Source of the DNA: a virus
Taxonomy: Duplodnaviria; Caudoviricetes
IMG/VR virus record: IMGVR_UViG_3300032327_000128
Coordinates: 1-60,601 of that record
Reading direction: 5' to 3' (one strand)
Length of the DNA stretch: 60,601 bases
Shown here: in pieces, positions 36,601 to 45,798 of the stretch
Position numbering within the stretch: position 1 is the first letter of the stretch
How the letters are laid out: every line of letters begins with the position of its first letter
Translations under genes and position numbers: made by a program
The notes under the pieces: model-generated
What the model was told of the DNA's origin: nothing
The model's database searches: none
What the model saw: the letters and a program-made list of their open reading frames with translations, nothing else

Positions 36601-39600
36601 GTAAGGTAGCCCAGAACAAACCGACGCCGCTTGTCTGACATATCTTTCCACGCGGAGTCCAGAACATCAAGCTTGCCCTTAATACTCCGTGACTTGAAAA
36701 ACATAGTCCAAGTATCGGTATTGTTTTGAGCAGCGTCTTGGCTGGATGCTAAATTTCTTTCAAGACGCCGTACCCCAGCCATTTGCCGTTGGTTTACCTT
36801 AGGCGCAGCCGCAGGTTTAGCTTTGCCCTTAGCTTTGCTAGCCATGTACTTGTTGATGATCTCAACGTCGGCATCGTCGTAGATTACGTAGTTAAATGAC
36901 GGCCTTATCCGGTACGGGGACCGTGAATTGCCATCTAGATACTTAGTACCGCGCACACCGGCATCAAGCAGCGCTAGGGAAGCATCTTTAGGCGAACGGT
37001 ACTCGCGGGCAAGTATGCGATAGGCATCTTCACCATCGCTTGGTGTTGTCCGCTCCATTTTGCTGCGCCTAACCATCAACTTTGTAATTTTGCTGGCCAA
37101 CGGTTTTGCTTGGTCAAGGAGCGCTTGCGCTTGGGCTAGCGTTCTTTGGCTTTCCTCACCATACTGTTTATTCTCGGCTAAATATTCCAGACGAGAAGAT
37201 TCTTCCATCAGGGGATAATATTCTCCCCGCAGCGCTTCTATCTCTGCGTCTATAGCCTCTAACTCGCTAACTCCGTCTATATCAAGTCCGAGTTTGGTAA
37301 ATGCTGCCTTCACTATATCTGACTGTTTGGAAATAGGTTCGTCCCATAATAGGAACTGATTATCCTCAGGGGTTAACCTAACTTCATATAGTTTGCCGCC
37401 TTGAATGACTTTAGCGCCAGCCTCTATCAAAAGCTGTGCAACGGCTACTTCGCGCCTCAGACGCGCAACATTACGCTCAACTAATTTAATCGTTTCCGAG
37501 TCTGACTCTCTATCAAGGTAATCAAGATCGTCTTTAATCATGTCGTTAGTGGTTTCAATATACACCTCTAACTCTTCACCCCTTGGTAGATGCCCAATCG
37601 AACGCTCGATGTTTTTCAAAGCCTGCCCATACGGAGTAACTTTAGGATCAAGGTTCTCCATTGCCCATGTAAGGACGTCTTTGCCATTTACGGTAATCTT
37701 GTGCTTGGACAACGCCTTCCTATAGTGTTCTGCAATTCCCCGTTTGTCTGCGAAGTACAGACCCCAACCATAGACCTGCGCACCTTCACCACTGCCGATT
37801 TCATTGGAATCGAACTTATCAAAGTCGTGCGGGCCACCATGCCAGCCATTGACCATGTAGCGCAGGCCTTTGATGATGGTGCTTTCGCGGTTGCCGTCGA
37901 TGACTTGGTCGTGTGCCATAGCCAGAATGGAACGCACTTCGGCGTCACTATAGTCCAGCTTCAAACCAATGCGGCGACCGAAGTCCTTGATGACGGCAGA
38001 AATCTTAGCCCAGACAGACGCATCTACGCGGCCAGCTTCTGACTCCTCCGCAAGCACTTCTTCCAATGCACGTAAGTTAGGGTTGCTGTCGTTAGCGTAG
38101 ACACCGGGATTATCAAAACTCCACTGGTCAGCCTGCTCACGCAGCTTCTTGCTACCCTTATAAAGCTGGGCAAGTACTGCGTCCAAGCGGGTGTTGAAAA
38201 GCGCACGCAAGCCAAGGTGCCCAAGTGCCTCATGGTAGACAGCCGAGCTAGCTTCTTCAAACGTGTCAATGTTACTGGCGACAAAATAAATTGTGCCATC
38301 CGGAGCCACAAAAGCAGGGACGCGTTCCATGCCATCACGCGTAACAGCCCTGCGCAGCGTATCCGGAAGCTCAGCAATCGTACCAATAACCTTGATGCCA
38401 ATCTTAGCACGCCAGTTCTTTGTGAGGTCCTTGATGTGCTCTATAAGGTCAGTAGCAGCCATACCTTCAGCAGCTTTACCACTGCGGCTAGCTTGATATC
38501 TTTGCTTCTTTTCGTGACGTTCCCTAGCGGCTTTAAGCTCGGCATCGACTTCATCAATCGTACGGCGCTTTGTTTGAAGCTCAAACTTAACCCTATTGTA
38601 AGTTTTCTCGCTGATGAAAGGCTCAATTCCCATCTCAGGAACGCCCTCAAAAGCTTCTTCAATTTCCCCCATCACACGCTCAGCTTTGTCTTCAGGCGCT
38701 TCTTCGAGGTCTTCCTCGGGTGTGACCTCAACGGGTGCAGCTTCCCTTTGCTTACGAGCTTCGATTTCCCGCCGCAGGTTAGCCTCGGCTTCAGCATCCG
38801 CAGCCTCTTGTGCCGCTAGTTCTTGTCGCCGTGTATCAACATAACCTTGTACATTTTCCTGTGCAGGTGCAGCTTCGGGCTTAGGGCCATACAACCGCGT
38901 CATGCGCTCTTCGGCTACACGACGGTAGGATGCTGGGTCGGGTGTGCTTGTCCCCATGCCCCAATCAGAACCCAGTGCCCACGACACATCCGGGAATTTC
39001 TGTCCTGCAAACGCTTTTTCGAAGTTATCCCAAACCACAGCAGGTTCACGCCTGTCTGGGCGGTAGGGTGTAGGTGCAGGTTCTTCAGCCACAACTTCTT
39101 CAGCCGCCATCTCAGGCGCAGGAGCTAGTGCGACGTCTTCAGGTGTAATGTCTGCTACAGTAGGTGTAGGCTGAGCCGCTACTGATTCTTCTGTTAAGGG
39201 CATCGCCGCAGCAGATGTAGGCGCAGCCTCGGGGGCAATACCCAAGTCCTTAGCCGCAGTCTCTGCGATGCCCGGAACCACACTGGCAGGGTTAGGCTGC
39301 GTAGCAGCTTTGATAGCTTCAGTAACCGGAGCTTTAGCCGCCTCATCGAGGGTGGGTCCTGCTGGCGCTGCGGTAGGGGTCGGGGTCGGAGCGGTGAACG
39401 ACTTACCAGTAACCGCTTCCAGCGCAGCCACGGGGTCACCGTCATACTTACCATTTGCAAGCTGCTGCTTAGCCTGATTGAACTGCTTTTGGTCAATATC
39501 GTTGACGTAGATAGACTCGTTGTTAAGTATCGTGTCGTTCAGTAGCTGGGTAGCTGCGCTAACTCGTTCCTTCAGCGGCACCTTCTTGTTGGTAAGGGCT

Positions 39601-41204
39601 TGCTTGGCTTCGTCTAATGTACGCTGCTGTTGTCCTTCCGCTCCAGTATCTGTTCCAACAGTATCTCCACCAGTTCCCACTGATCCAGTGTCAGTTTCCC
39701 CAGCGCTTCCGGCCATACCAGCGGGTCGTACCCCATCACCACTAGGAACGCTTGGCTCAGTTCCTCCGGCGTCAGTTGTATCATCAGTGACTGACTCATC
39801 TTCGCTCCTTAGCTTAGCCATATAGTTGCTGACATCTTGGCGCGCTTTTGCGTTAGCCTCAGCTTCCGACTTACCTTCGGATTTGTACCGTGTGAAAGCT
39901 TCTTCGTAGGCTTTACCTACACCACCGGGACCAACACGGAGCATATCCGCTTCAAGCGCAGCGGCGCGGCGTTCTTCATCGTCAATTTGCTCTTGGCGCT
40001 TGTCTGTGATTTCCCCGCGACCAGCTGCGACATTTAGGCCACCACCAAGGATACCGCCAAGTGTGCCTTCATAAGCGGCGCGTGAGAGCACGCCCTTCAT
40101 TAGATCAGTTGGGAAACCAGCGCGGGTTTGGGCAAGGTTCTCGGCCAGCGCCTCTTGCCCAGCTTGAACACCTTCAGGAATACCCTCAACAAGTGCACCT
40201 TCTACGCCGCGACGGATAAGACCTTTACCACCGGCTTCCGCAACCGCTTCAGCTACGTCGGCACCAGTAGCGCGGGCGGCAGCAGCCGCAGCAGCAGCTT
40301 TAGCAGTGCGGGTCGTAATCTGTTTGGTTACGTCCCCGAGAACCCTACTAGCAATCATTTTACCAAGTAGAGGGCCAGCACCCGTTGCACTTGCAGCACC
40401 ACCAATAACGCCGCCAAGGGCGATCATATCTGTATTTTCACCACCGTAAGCCTGCGCTTCTTCCGCAATCTTTTCTGCTTGTGCATCGGATAGACCTGAC
40501 TGCTTGGCGCGGGCGAGCGTAGCATCGTAGATGTCGCCCTTAATCATACCGACGCCTGAAGCTGTACCTACGCCCGCTGCGGCGAGTAGGGGTATATAAC
40601 TAGCGCCACCAGTGAAAGGCGCAGCGAGAGTAGCACCAGCGGCAGCGATAGCTGCTGGGGCAGCAGTGCCTAATAGGTTAGCCGTAGTGTCAATAGGGTG
40701 CCGCAAGAATGCTTTACCGGCAGCGCCAGCACCTTCCCAGAAGCCTTCAGCTTTAGCCATTTCTTCTGCGTCTTTAGCGAAATCTTCACGGGCTTCCGCA
40801 GAGAGTAAGTCATTAGTGCCTTTACCAAAGCTTTCCAAGGCATCGGACGCTGCATTGTCCGCACCGAAAAGGTCAGTGAAAGTCTTACCTATGGTGGCTA
40901 CCCCACCCATAACCCCGAGTGGAACGTCTGTGATACTAGACAAAACACCGCCAACGACTGGAATTTCCTCAATCGGGCTAGGGGCGAACTTCTGCTTTTG
41001 CTTCTCTTCGGGGGCGGGAGGAGCCTCTACAGGCTTCCAGTTCTTTTGCTCGTTTGGGTTACCGCCTTTGAAGACATACCCACCCGAAACCGTACCGGGT
41101 TTTGGCACAGCTATGGGAGCAAGCTCCCAGTTCTTTTGGTCGTTCGGGTTCCCACCTTTAAACCGATATCCATCGACGACTGCGCCAACATTAGGTACCG
41201 GCAT
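33693..41204 (-). CDS. Giant internal virion/ejection protein (polyvalent: metallopeptidase-like and ART-like domains)
   Basis: 2503 aa; two N-terminal GYxFKGGNPNxQKNW repeats; HEALGH; WHGGPH...GWGLYF...YEV...NYVIYD. Confidence 0.75.
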   Translation of the reverse strand: MPVPNVGAVVDGYRFKGGNPNDQKNWELAPIAVPKPGTVSGGYVFKGGNPNEQKNWKPVEAPPAPEEKQKQKFAPSPIEEIPVVGGVLSSITDVPLGVMGGVATIGKTFTDLFGADNAASDALESFGKGTNDLLSAEAREDFAKDAEEMAKAEGFWEGAGAAGKAFLRHPIDTTANLLGTAAPAAIAAAGATLAAPFTGGASYIPLLAAAGVGTASGVGMIKGDIYDATLARAKQSGLSDAQAEKIAEEAQAYGGENTDMIALGGVIGGAASATGAGPLLGKMIASRVLGDVTKQITTRTAKAAAAAAAARATGADVAEAVAEAGGKGLIRRGVEGALVEGIPEGVQAGQEALAENLAQTRAGFPTDLMKGVLSRAAYEGTLGGILGGGLNVAAGRGEITDKRQEQIDDEERRAAALEADMLRVGPGGVGKAYEEAFTRYKSEGKSEAEANAKARQDVSNYMAKLRSEDESVTDDTTDAGGTEPSVPSGDGVRPAGMAGSAGETDTGSVGTGGDTVGTDTGAEGQQQRTLDEAKQALTNKKVPLKERVSAATQLLNDTILNNESIYVNDIDQKQFNQAKQQLANGKYDGDPVAALEAVTGKSFTAPTPTPTAAPAGPTLDEAAKAPVTEAIKAATQPNPASVVPGIAETAAKDLGIAPEAAPTSAAAMPLTEESVAAQPTPTVADITPEDVALAPAPEMAAEEVVAEEPAPTPYRPDRREPAVVWDNFEKAFAGQKFPDVSWALGSDWGMGTSTPDPASYRRVAEERMTRLYGPKPEAAPAQENVQGYVDTRRQELAAQEAADAEAEANLRREIEARKQREAAPVEVTPEEDLEEAPEDKAERVMGEIEEAFEGVPEMGIEPFISEKTYNRVKFELQTKRRTIDEVDAELKAARERHEKKQRYQASRSGKAAEGMAATDLIEHIKDLTKNWRAKIGIKVIGTIAELPDTLRRAVTRDGMERVPAFVAPDGTIYFVASNIDTFEEASSAVYHEALGHLGLRALFNTRLDAVLAQLYKGSKKLREQADQWSFDNPGVYANDSNPNLRALEEVLAEESEAGRVDASVWAKISAVIKDFGRRIGLKLDYSDAEVRSILAMAHDQVIDGNRESTIIKGLRYMVNGWHGGPHDFDKFDSNEIGSGEGAQVYGWGLYFADKRGIAEHYRKALSKHKITVNGKDVLTWAMENLDPKVTPYGQALKNIERSIGHLPRGEELEVYIETTNDMIKDDLDYLDRESDSETIKLVERNVARLRREVAVAQLLIEAGAKVIQGGKLYEVRLTPEDNQFLLWDEPISKQSDIVKAAFTKLGLDIDGVSELEAIDAEIEALRGEYYPLMEESSRLEYLAENKQYGEESQRTLAQAQALLDQAKPLASKITKLMVRRSKMERTTPSDGEDAYRILAREYRSPKDASLALLDAGVRGTKYLDGNSRSPYRIRPSFNYVIYDDADVEIINKYMASKAKGKAKPAAAPKVNQRQMAGVRRLERNLASSQDAAQNNTDTWTMFFKSRSIKGKLDVLDSAWKDMSDKRRRFVLGYLTYSRDLIRIINKLSPPVARKLNRINELLGRMDGYRNGMLKDLAYNAKRYEKFAAKYSEGAELLANLINGSTLLGVESRHPSLAAAMAADNTLAELVKSGAGKDALGNRKNQIKYIYDMREALAAPEMGNGEGQLIYDMVMGGYKTSFENEYNAQVSSVRKSGLPADRIQQTVDLLDKLYEAAKKNAPYATLFRTGDYWVRVGKGKNRDVKRYNNGTAYQQAIKEGIKKLQDAGDTRSASEIKADEKVFNFGQDIDGLEADFLRAEPSDVLKNVLLEIDKGGMGDVRAIKDMIFQLYAASLPKGSNLERYQHREGVAGFSADTLRAYVDSQMSTANRLTHLQYSSKIRQTLGEAYGLMAGNPNRDQLQPFIDEMAIRVAETFSPNTSSLDTMARLANKATFFYLLTSIKSVIAQFFQLPTVAMPALGARYGTVQTAAVAARYIATLGNKFGTAKVDETGTLVTNWGQPTMGDSKYINNNKDPELGKALKFAWEYGRKRAIVDSTFTGDVLERKAGPSAQFQGRPAKMGKWVFDFFAGGIHHAERISREIAYMSAFELDYAKRIKDGMDPKTAMEIAADTAADLTLETMFDYAESSKPRAMKGPIGRVALQFYSFPIQIASFLTRSFLNTVTLLPNAERKVAAKQFFGTLGMTWMIAGSVNMPGYSFMMGLMTSLLAAAGLGDAEDDDDNNPLTARNLDLWFREKFLPEYFGPDSDLANDLGLDDEQAKLLTRAVKMGPVSAVTNMNIGSSVGLDGLFFRDDTPVDSNEEALRSLAYTLAFGATGSVVRNLVRGADYAAKGEGWRAAENLAPAPLRNALMAKRLGSEGYITPNTQDVVAPVEDYTWGVLVGQSIGFGRTDVSDIQKSNILAKKTVIKIEKERSEYLDKLEKVYRDVDLNRISVEEGEKNVNKLWDKIYEWNDSTAHITPIYPENWQDSLKTRDRDRAGSMEGLRVSKDFDPYVRSLLQKNR

Positions 41205-42781
41205 TATTGTCCCCCGTAATTACGATCCCACGGCGCAGTAGAAGCGCTGCCAGTCCCACCACTACCTGAACTTGGCATCGCCGCAAGGATTGCTTGGACA
41301 CGAGCTTTAAAAATCGCATCTTTTTCAGCAGGAGTCCCGTTACGATACTTCATGTCTTGTTGGACATCCGCTGATGCTAACTTAACAGCGTCGTTGATGC
41401 GACCTTCTTCAAGCTGAGCCGCTTTTGCTGCGTCTCCAAGTACGGATGCCTGAAAATTCTTATTGGTGCTGTAGATATTAGCGTTGTAATTAAGGTTCTG
41501 ACCTGCCTTTGTGGTCTCGTTCTGCATCAGCGCTTGTCGCCAGCTGTCGGTGCGTGACATATCCTTATAGGTGAGATCAAGTTCTGTCTTACCAAAGTCG
41601 AGCATGAAAGCTACGCGTTGGCGTGCTTCGTTGTTCTCGATGCCTTCAATCTCCGCATACTGGCTGAGATATTTTTCAAAGCGAGCTTCGCGTTCTTCCT
41701 TAGCCTTTTTGCCACTCGCAGTGGCAACTTTTCCGCCTTCAGCAACAGCCTGAAAGAAGTTAGGTGAGTTAGAGCCAGCGATGGCCCAGCCAGCTTCAGC
41801 AAGTGCAGACCATTTATCGTAGTTCTTCTGCTTCTTCTGGCTTTCTTCCGACATGCCTTCTTCGACATGCGCCTTCAGCTTGTCCCGAGCCTCAGTCTTA
41901 GGCTTAGGCATAAACTTATCGTAGAACTCACCAGCACGTTCAAACGCAGGCATCATCTGATCTGCAAGACTACCGCCCGGTGCATCTGTAGGGGTACGTG
42001 GATTAGCCGCCTGTGAAGGGTTAAGAAGCCCTTGACTACCAGACTTAGCCAGACCCGGACCCGGTTCGACATGCACATGGTCACCTTCGTTGATGACGTC
42101 ATACTGCGAACCAAACTCACCCTTAAGTTTCTGATGGAACGCAGCCATGCTCATACCCTTAGGTGGCACAAAGTCACGGGCATTATCTGTTTTATGAAAG
42201 CTATTAGATACGCCACCCGCTGCGGTGTTTTCCGCATCGCTACGCTGACGGCTTGTGACTCCGAGACCGGGAACAGCCTTAGTAGCCACATCTTCAAAAT
42301 ACTTACCGTAACCACCACCAGCAAACGCAACGATACCCCCGCCAGCATAGCTGCCGTTGTTAGGCTCATCAAACATAGTGTCGGGCAGAGGGAGTGTAGT
42401 AAGACCACCAGCAGCCATACCCATCGGCGCCTCTTCCATAGGCATTTCAGGTGCACCCATTTCGGGCATAGGAGCCTGCGCAGCTTCCGGCGTAGCACCA
42501 AGACCAGCGGGCATACCCTGCTGTGGCATCGGGGAAGGCGCACCAATCCCACCCATAGGAGGGGGAGGGGCTTGAGGATTTAAAAGTTTCTCGGCTACAG
42601 TCTGCGTAGGAGCCTGCGCACTTTGTCCCGCTTCGTCCATCTGCTGCTTCTTCAGGGCCGCTAGGGTAAGTTCCAAAGGAGACATACGCCCCTTAGCAGA
42701 AGCCTCCGCCATGGCAGGTAAGTCATTCCCGTAAGCAAGAAGTAGTTCCAGAGGGGGTCGAATCATGAACGGTTGAGACAT
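41204..42781 (-). CDS. Internal virion protein with peptidase M15-like domain
   Basis: TSRQR...SFH...ARDF...HVHVE, LAS-type zinc motif. Confidence 0.65.
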   Translation of the reverse strand: MSQPFMIRPPLELLLAYGNDLPAMAEASAKGRMSPLELTLAALKKQQMDEAGQSAQAPTQTVAEKLLNPQAPPPPMGGIGAPSPMPQQGMPAGLGATPEAAQAPMPEMGAPEMPMEEAPMGMAAGGLTTLPLPDTMFDEPNNGSYAGGGIVAFAGGGYGKYFEDVATKAVPGLGVTSRQRSDAENTAAGGVSNSFHKTDNARDFVPPKGMSMAAFHQKLKGEFGSQYDVINEGDHVHVEPGPGLAKSGSQGLLNPSQAANPRTPTDAPGGSLADQMMPAFERAGEFYDKFMPKPKTEARDKLKAHVEEGMSEESQKKQKNYDKWSALAEAGWAIAGSNSPNFFQAVAEGGKVATASGKKAKEEREARFEKYLSQYAEIEGIENNEARQRVAFMLDFGKTELDLTYKDMSRTDSWRQALMQNETTKAGQNLNYNANIYSTNKNFQASVLGDAAKAAQLEEGRINDAVKLASADVQQDMKYRNGTPAEKDAIFKARVQAILAAMPSSGSGGTGSASTAPWDRNYGGQ

Positions 42782-42786
42782 CTTTA

Positions 42787-43905
42787 TTAACCCCCACTAA
42801 ACATCTTGTACGTGCTATATGCGCCTAAGCCAGCACCTGCAAGCTGTTGTGCAAGGCCCGGTGATGGTGCACTTGTTGTTTGTGTAGTGCTCATATTCTG
42901 AGGCACACCACTCATGAGGCCCATGTACTGCTGAAGTTTAGTATATGGATCGTTAGATGCCTTCTGGAAGTCTGCATAGTCGAGGTCGCGCATCTGCTGA
43001 CCATATGCCTGCTCCTGTGCAGCCGTTGACTGCTGCATCCCAAGACGCTGAGCATCTGCGTTCTGCTGTGTCTGGCCAATGTTGGCAAGCGTCTGAGCCA
43101 TCTGCCCCGCAGTTTGAGCACCCTGAAGCCCCTGCGTTGCACCAAACTGGCGAGACGCCTCTCCGGCTTTCTGCGCTTCGAAGTCGTACTGCTGGTTAGC
43201 CAAAGCCGCCTGAAGATTGTTCTTAGCCCCCAACTCCTGCACACCCAGTCTCGCACCGAGGTTAGCATTGTTGACGTTGTAGGCTGCGTTACGGTCACTC
43301 TCGAACTGCTTCTGTGCGTTCTCATATGCAGACTGCATACCTGTAGCTTGGATGTCACCCATCTGACGACCAAGGTCACGCTCACGAGTAAGACCAGCGA
43401 GAAGCTGGCGGCTACCGCCATAAGTACCCTGACGCGCCGCACCTAAATTCTGCATCAACTGTGATTGCTGAGCATCTTCTTGGGCTTTGCGCTTCTGGAC
43501 ATCCAGTACGTTCTGGACGTAAGGCGACATATACTGCTGAGCTTGTTCGTTCCCAAACTGCTGCGCAGGGTCCATCTGGTACATGTTAAGGTTTTGGTTT
43601 TGGACCTGCTGCGCATTAAATTGCGTAGGGTCGTAGTTGCCAGCATTAAGCGCAGCAACCCCAGCTTGGTTTGCAAAGTTCGTAGCCTGACCAAACTGGC
43701 CCGGTGTTTTCATCCCAGCGACTTCTTTTTGTAGGTTCTGCTGCTGCTGGGTAAACCCTTCAAGACGATCACGGTCATAGATAGGGGTTTGAGTAGTGAG
43801 CAGGGCGTTAGCCCGCTGCATAGCGTTGTTATAATACGGTTGCTGAGCCGCACCGATGTTCGATGTGGTGTTGACAACATTCTGTGTAGTAACTTTAGCG
43901 GCCAT
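42787..43905 (-). CDS. Gln-rich DNA ejection/pilot protein
   Basis: YMSPYVQNV, GTYGGSRQ motifs; Q/A-rich helical; hydrophobic C-terminal tail. Confidence 0.7.
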   Translation of the reverse strand: MAAKVTTQNVVNTTSNIGAAQQPYYNNAMQRANALLTTQTPIYDRDRLEGFTQQQQNLQKEVAGMKTPGQFGQATNFANQAGVAALNAGNYDPTQFNAQQVQNQNLNMYQMDPAQQFGNEQAQQYMSPYVQNVLDVQKRKAQEDAQQSQLMQNLGAARQGTYGGSRQLLAGLTRERDLGRQMGDIQATGMQSAYENAQKQFESDRNAAYNVNNANLGARLGVQELGAKNNLQAALANQQYDFEAQKAGEASRQFGATQGLQGAQTAGQMAQTLANIGQTQQNADAQRLGMQQSTAAQEQAYGQQMRDLDYADFQKASNDPYTKLQQYMGLMSGVPQNMSTTQTTSAPSPGLAQQLAGAGLGAYSTYKMFSGG

Positions 43906-43911
43906 TATAAA

Positions 43912-45489
43912 TCATCCTAACCCACGGGCTAACTTGGTGTCGTGACCACGCCCTGCCTTCTTCCGTGCCTTATGCGCCTTATCCATAAGAGCGTATAGCT
44001 TATCTGCACCCCGCTGGGGGCTACCTTTACCAATGCGGCGGACCACATTCGCGGGCATAATTACTTCGTCCCGAGCAACACGGGCTGGCTGGCTGCGACC
44101 GATGCGGGCAGGTACACTATCACTTACGCCATCACCCGGACCTTGCACTGGCTGACCACCCATGCGGCGAAGGGCATCCATGCCAGCATTACTACTGCCG
44201 TTACCAATCTCAGATACCGTGCGGGCGTCGAGCACAAAGGCTCCATCGGACAACTGGACCTCGCCACCATGGGCGTAACCTTCTTCCTCTGGGTCAACCC
44301 CGCCCATATATGTGACAGGCGCAAAGTCGTACATGTTATTGTTGGGCGTTTTATTTTTGGACGAAAGGCTGAAGAAGCCCCTCTTCTTTTCCGGTGCCCT
44401 AAGCACTGGCTGCATAATCTGCGTACCTTTGGCGGTGTGCGAACCGGGCTGCACGACCTGACCCATAGTGTTATAGATTTCAGGCATATCCACCTCGAAG
44501 AACCGGCGCTGCTTCGACGAGAGCGGACCCTCTGGGTCCATGATTTGCTTACGGTCTTGTGCAAAGTACGGTCCTTGGAATGAGTTATCAATCCGGCCAT
44601 CTGGACCTGCTACTCCGCCACCCGATGGGGTCATCGCGCCACTAACACCCTGCATAAGACCCATACCAGCAAGTTTAGGCGCGGCGTTAACAATAAAGCC
44701 CGGGGTACCAGAAGGTAGACCTGCCTTGGCAGCGTTACCGAAGTTCTGCATGAGACCCGGAAGACCAGTTTTAGCCGCTGTAAGAGTAGCAGGTGCAACC
44801 GCACCAGCAAGGCCGGAACCTGAACCTGCTAGGGTCATGGCATTAGCACCTGCATTCCCTAGGGTCATAGCTGTAGGCGCGGCAGCGTTAGCAAGTGTTC
44901 CGCCTGCTACGTTCATCACATTACCTGCACCACTTAGACCGGCAGTGGCAGCAGAAGGAAGTGTAGTCGCGCCAGCAGTAGTCGCCGCGTTAGTCGCCGC
45001 GTTAGTAGCTGCATTGGCAACCGTACCTGTAGCATTGGCAAATAGACCGCCAGCAAGTGAAGCACCACCATATGCTTGGAGACCGGCCATCAGACCTTTC
45101 TTAAGGCTACCTGTTTTAGCAACGGAGCCAGCAGCGACGAGACCCGCAGCCGCAAGCGGGCCGATGCCGGGAATAAAGTTAAGGCCAATCCCTAACAGCG
45201 TAGGTAGTAGTTTCTTAAGGAACCCAGCTTCAGGTAGACCTGTATGCGGGTTAATTGTGAGCGACCCACCATGCGCCATAGCCAGACCCTGAAGGCTGTT
45301 AACCTCGTTTGGCGTCATGTGAACAAGCATAGAGTCTTCACCGCGACCTTGCGACTGAAGCTGCTGCGCCATAGGGTTTTGAGCTACGTCAAGCCCACCA
45401 TGCATAGGGATGCCACCGGTGTTACGGGGTATAGGAGTCCCTAGATGTGGGAGACCACCCATAGGTGAGGCTGCGCTGTAGTCCATCAA
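43912..45489 (-). CDS. Internal virion/ejection protein
   Basis: GRGEDSMLVH...TINPHTGLPE; Gly/Ala hydrophobic segment; GPGDGVSDSVPA motif. Confidence 0.65.
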   Translation of the reverse strand: MMDYSAASPMGGLPHLGTPIPRNTGGIPMHGGLDVAQNPMAQQLQSQGRGEDSMLVHMTPNEVNSLQGLAMAHGGSLTINPHTGLPEAGFLKKLLPTLLGIGLNFIPGIGPLAAAGLVAAGSVAKTGSLKKGLMAGLQAYGGASLAGGLFANATGTVANAATNAATNAATTAGATTLPSAATAGLSGAGNVMNVAGGTLANAAAPTAMTLGNAGANAMTLAGSGSGLAGAVAPATLTAAKTGLPGLMQNFGNAAKAGLPSGTPGFIVNAAPKLAGMGLMQGVSGAMTPSGGGVAGPDGRIDNSFQGPYFAQDRKQIMDPEGPLSSKQRRFFEVDMPEIYNTMGQVVQPGSHTAKGTQIMQPVLRAPEKKRGFFSLSSKNKTPNNNMYDFAPVTYMGGVDPEEEGYAHGGEVQLSDGAFVLDARTVSEIGNGSSNAGMDALRRMGGQPVQGPGDGVSDSVPARIGRSQPARVARDEVIMPANVVRRIGKGSPQRGADKLYALMDKAHKARKKAGRGHDTKLARGLG

Positions 45490-45495
45490 TATTTC

Positions 45496-45798
45496 CTAGG
45501 TCGAAGTCACAGTCTGCCAAGCAGACCCGTTGTATACACAAAGTTTGCCCAGAGTGGTATCAAAAACAACCCAACCCGCTGCCGGTGTCAAGGCATTTTT
45601 CTCTGCTGTGGTTACGTTCTTTGTGGCTAATATACCATTAAAAGTATCAGCCGTATACTTCTCAGCGTTGTTTGGCGTTCGTGAGTCAAGCTGCGAGAAG
45701 TAGTTTTCTAGCACGCGCAGCACCTGCCGCATGTATTGCGCATCCCACTTTGGTGGTGAGTTGGGCAGTGGCGGAAATTTGAATTTGTCCATTGCCAT
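45496..45798 (-). CDS. Small tail-associated protein
   Basis: Likely start MAMDK coupled to the upstream stop; C-terminal AGWVVFDTT...YNGSAW. Confidence 0.6.
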   Translation of the reverse strand: MAMDKFKFPPLPNSPPKWDAQYMRQVLRVLENYFSQLDSRTPNNAEKYTADTFNGILATKNVTTAEKNALTPAAGWVVFDTTLGKLCVYNGSAWQTVTST

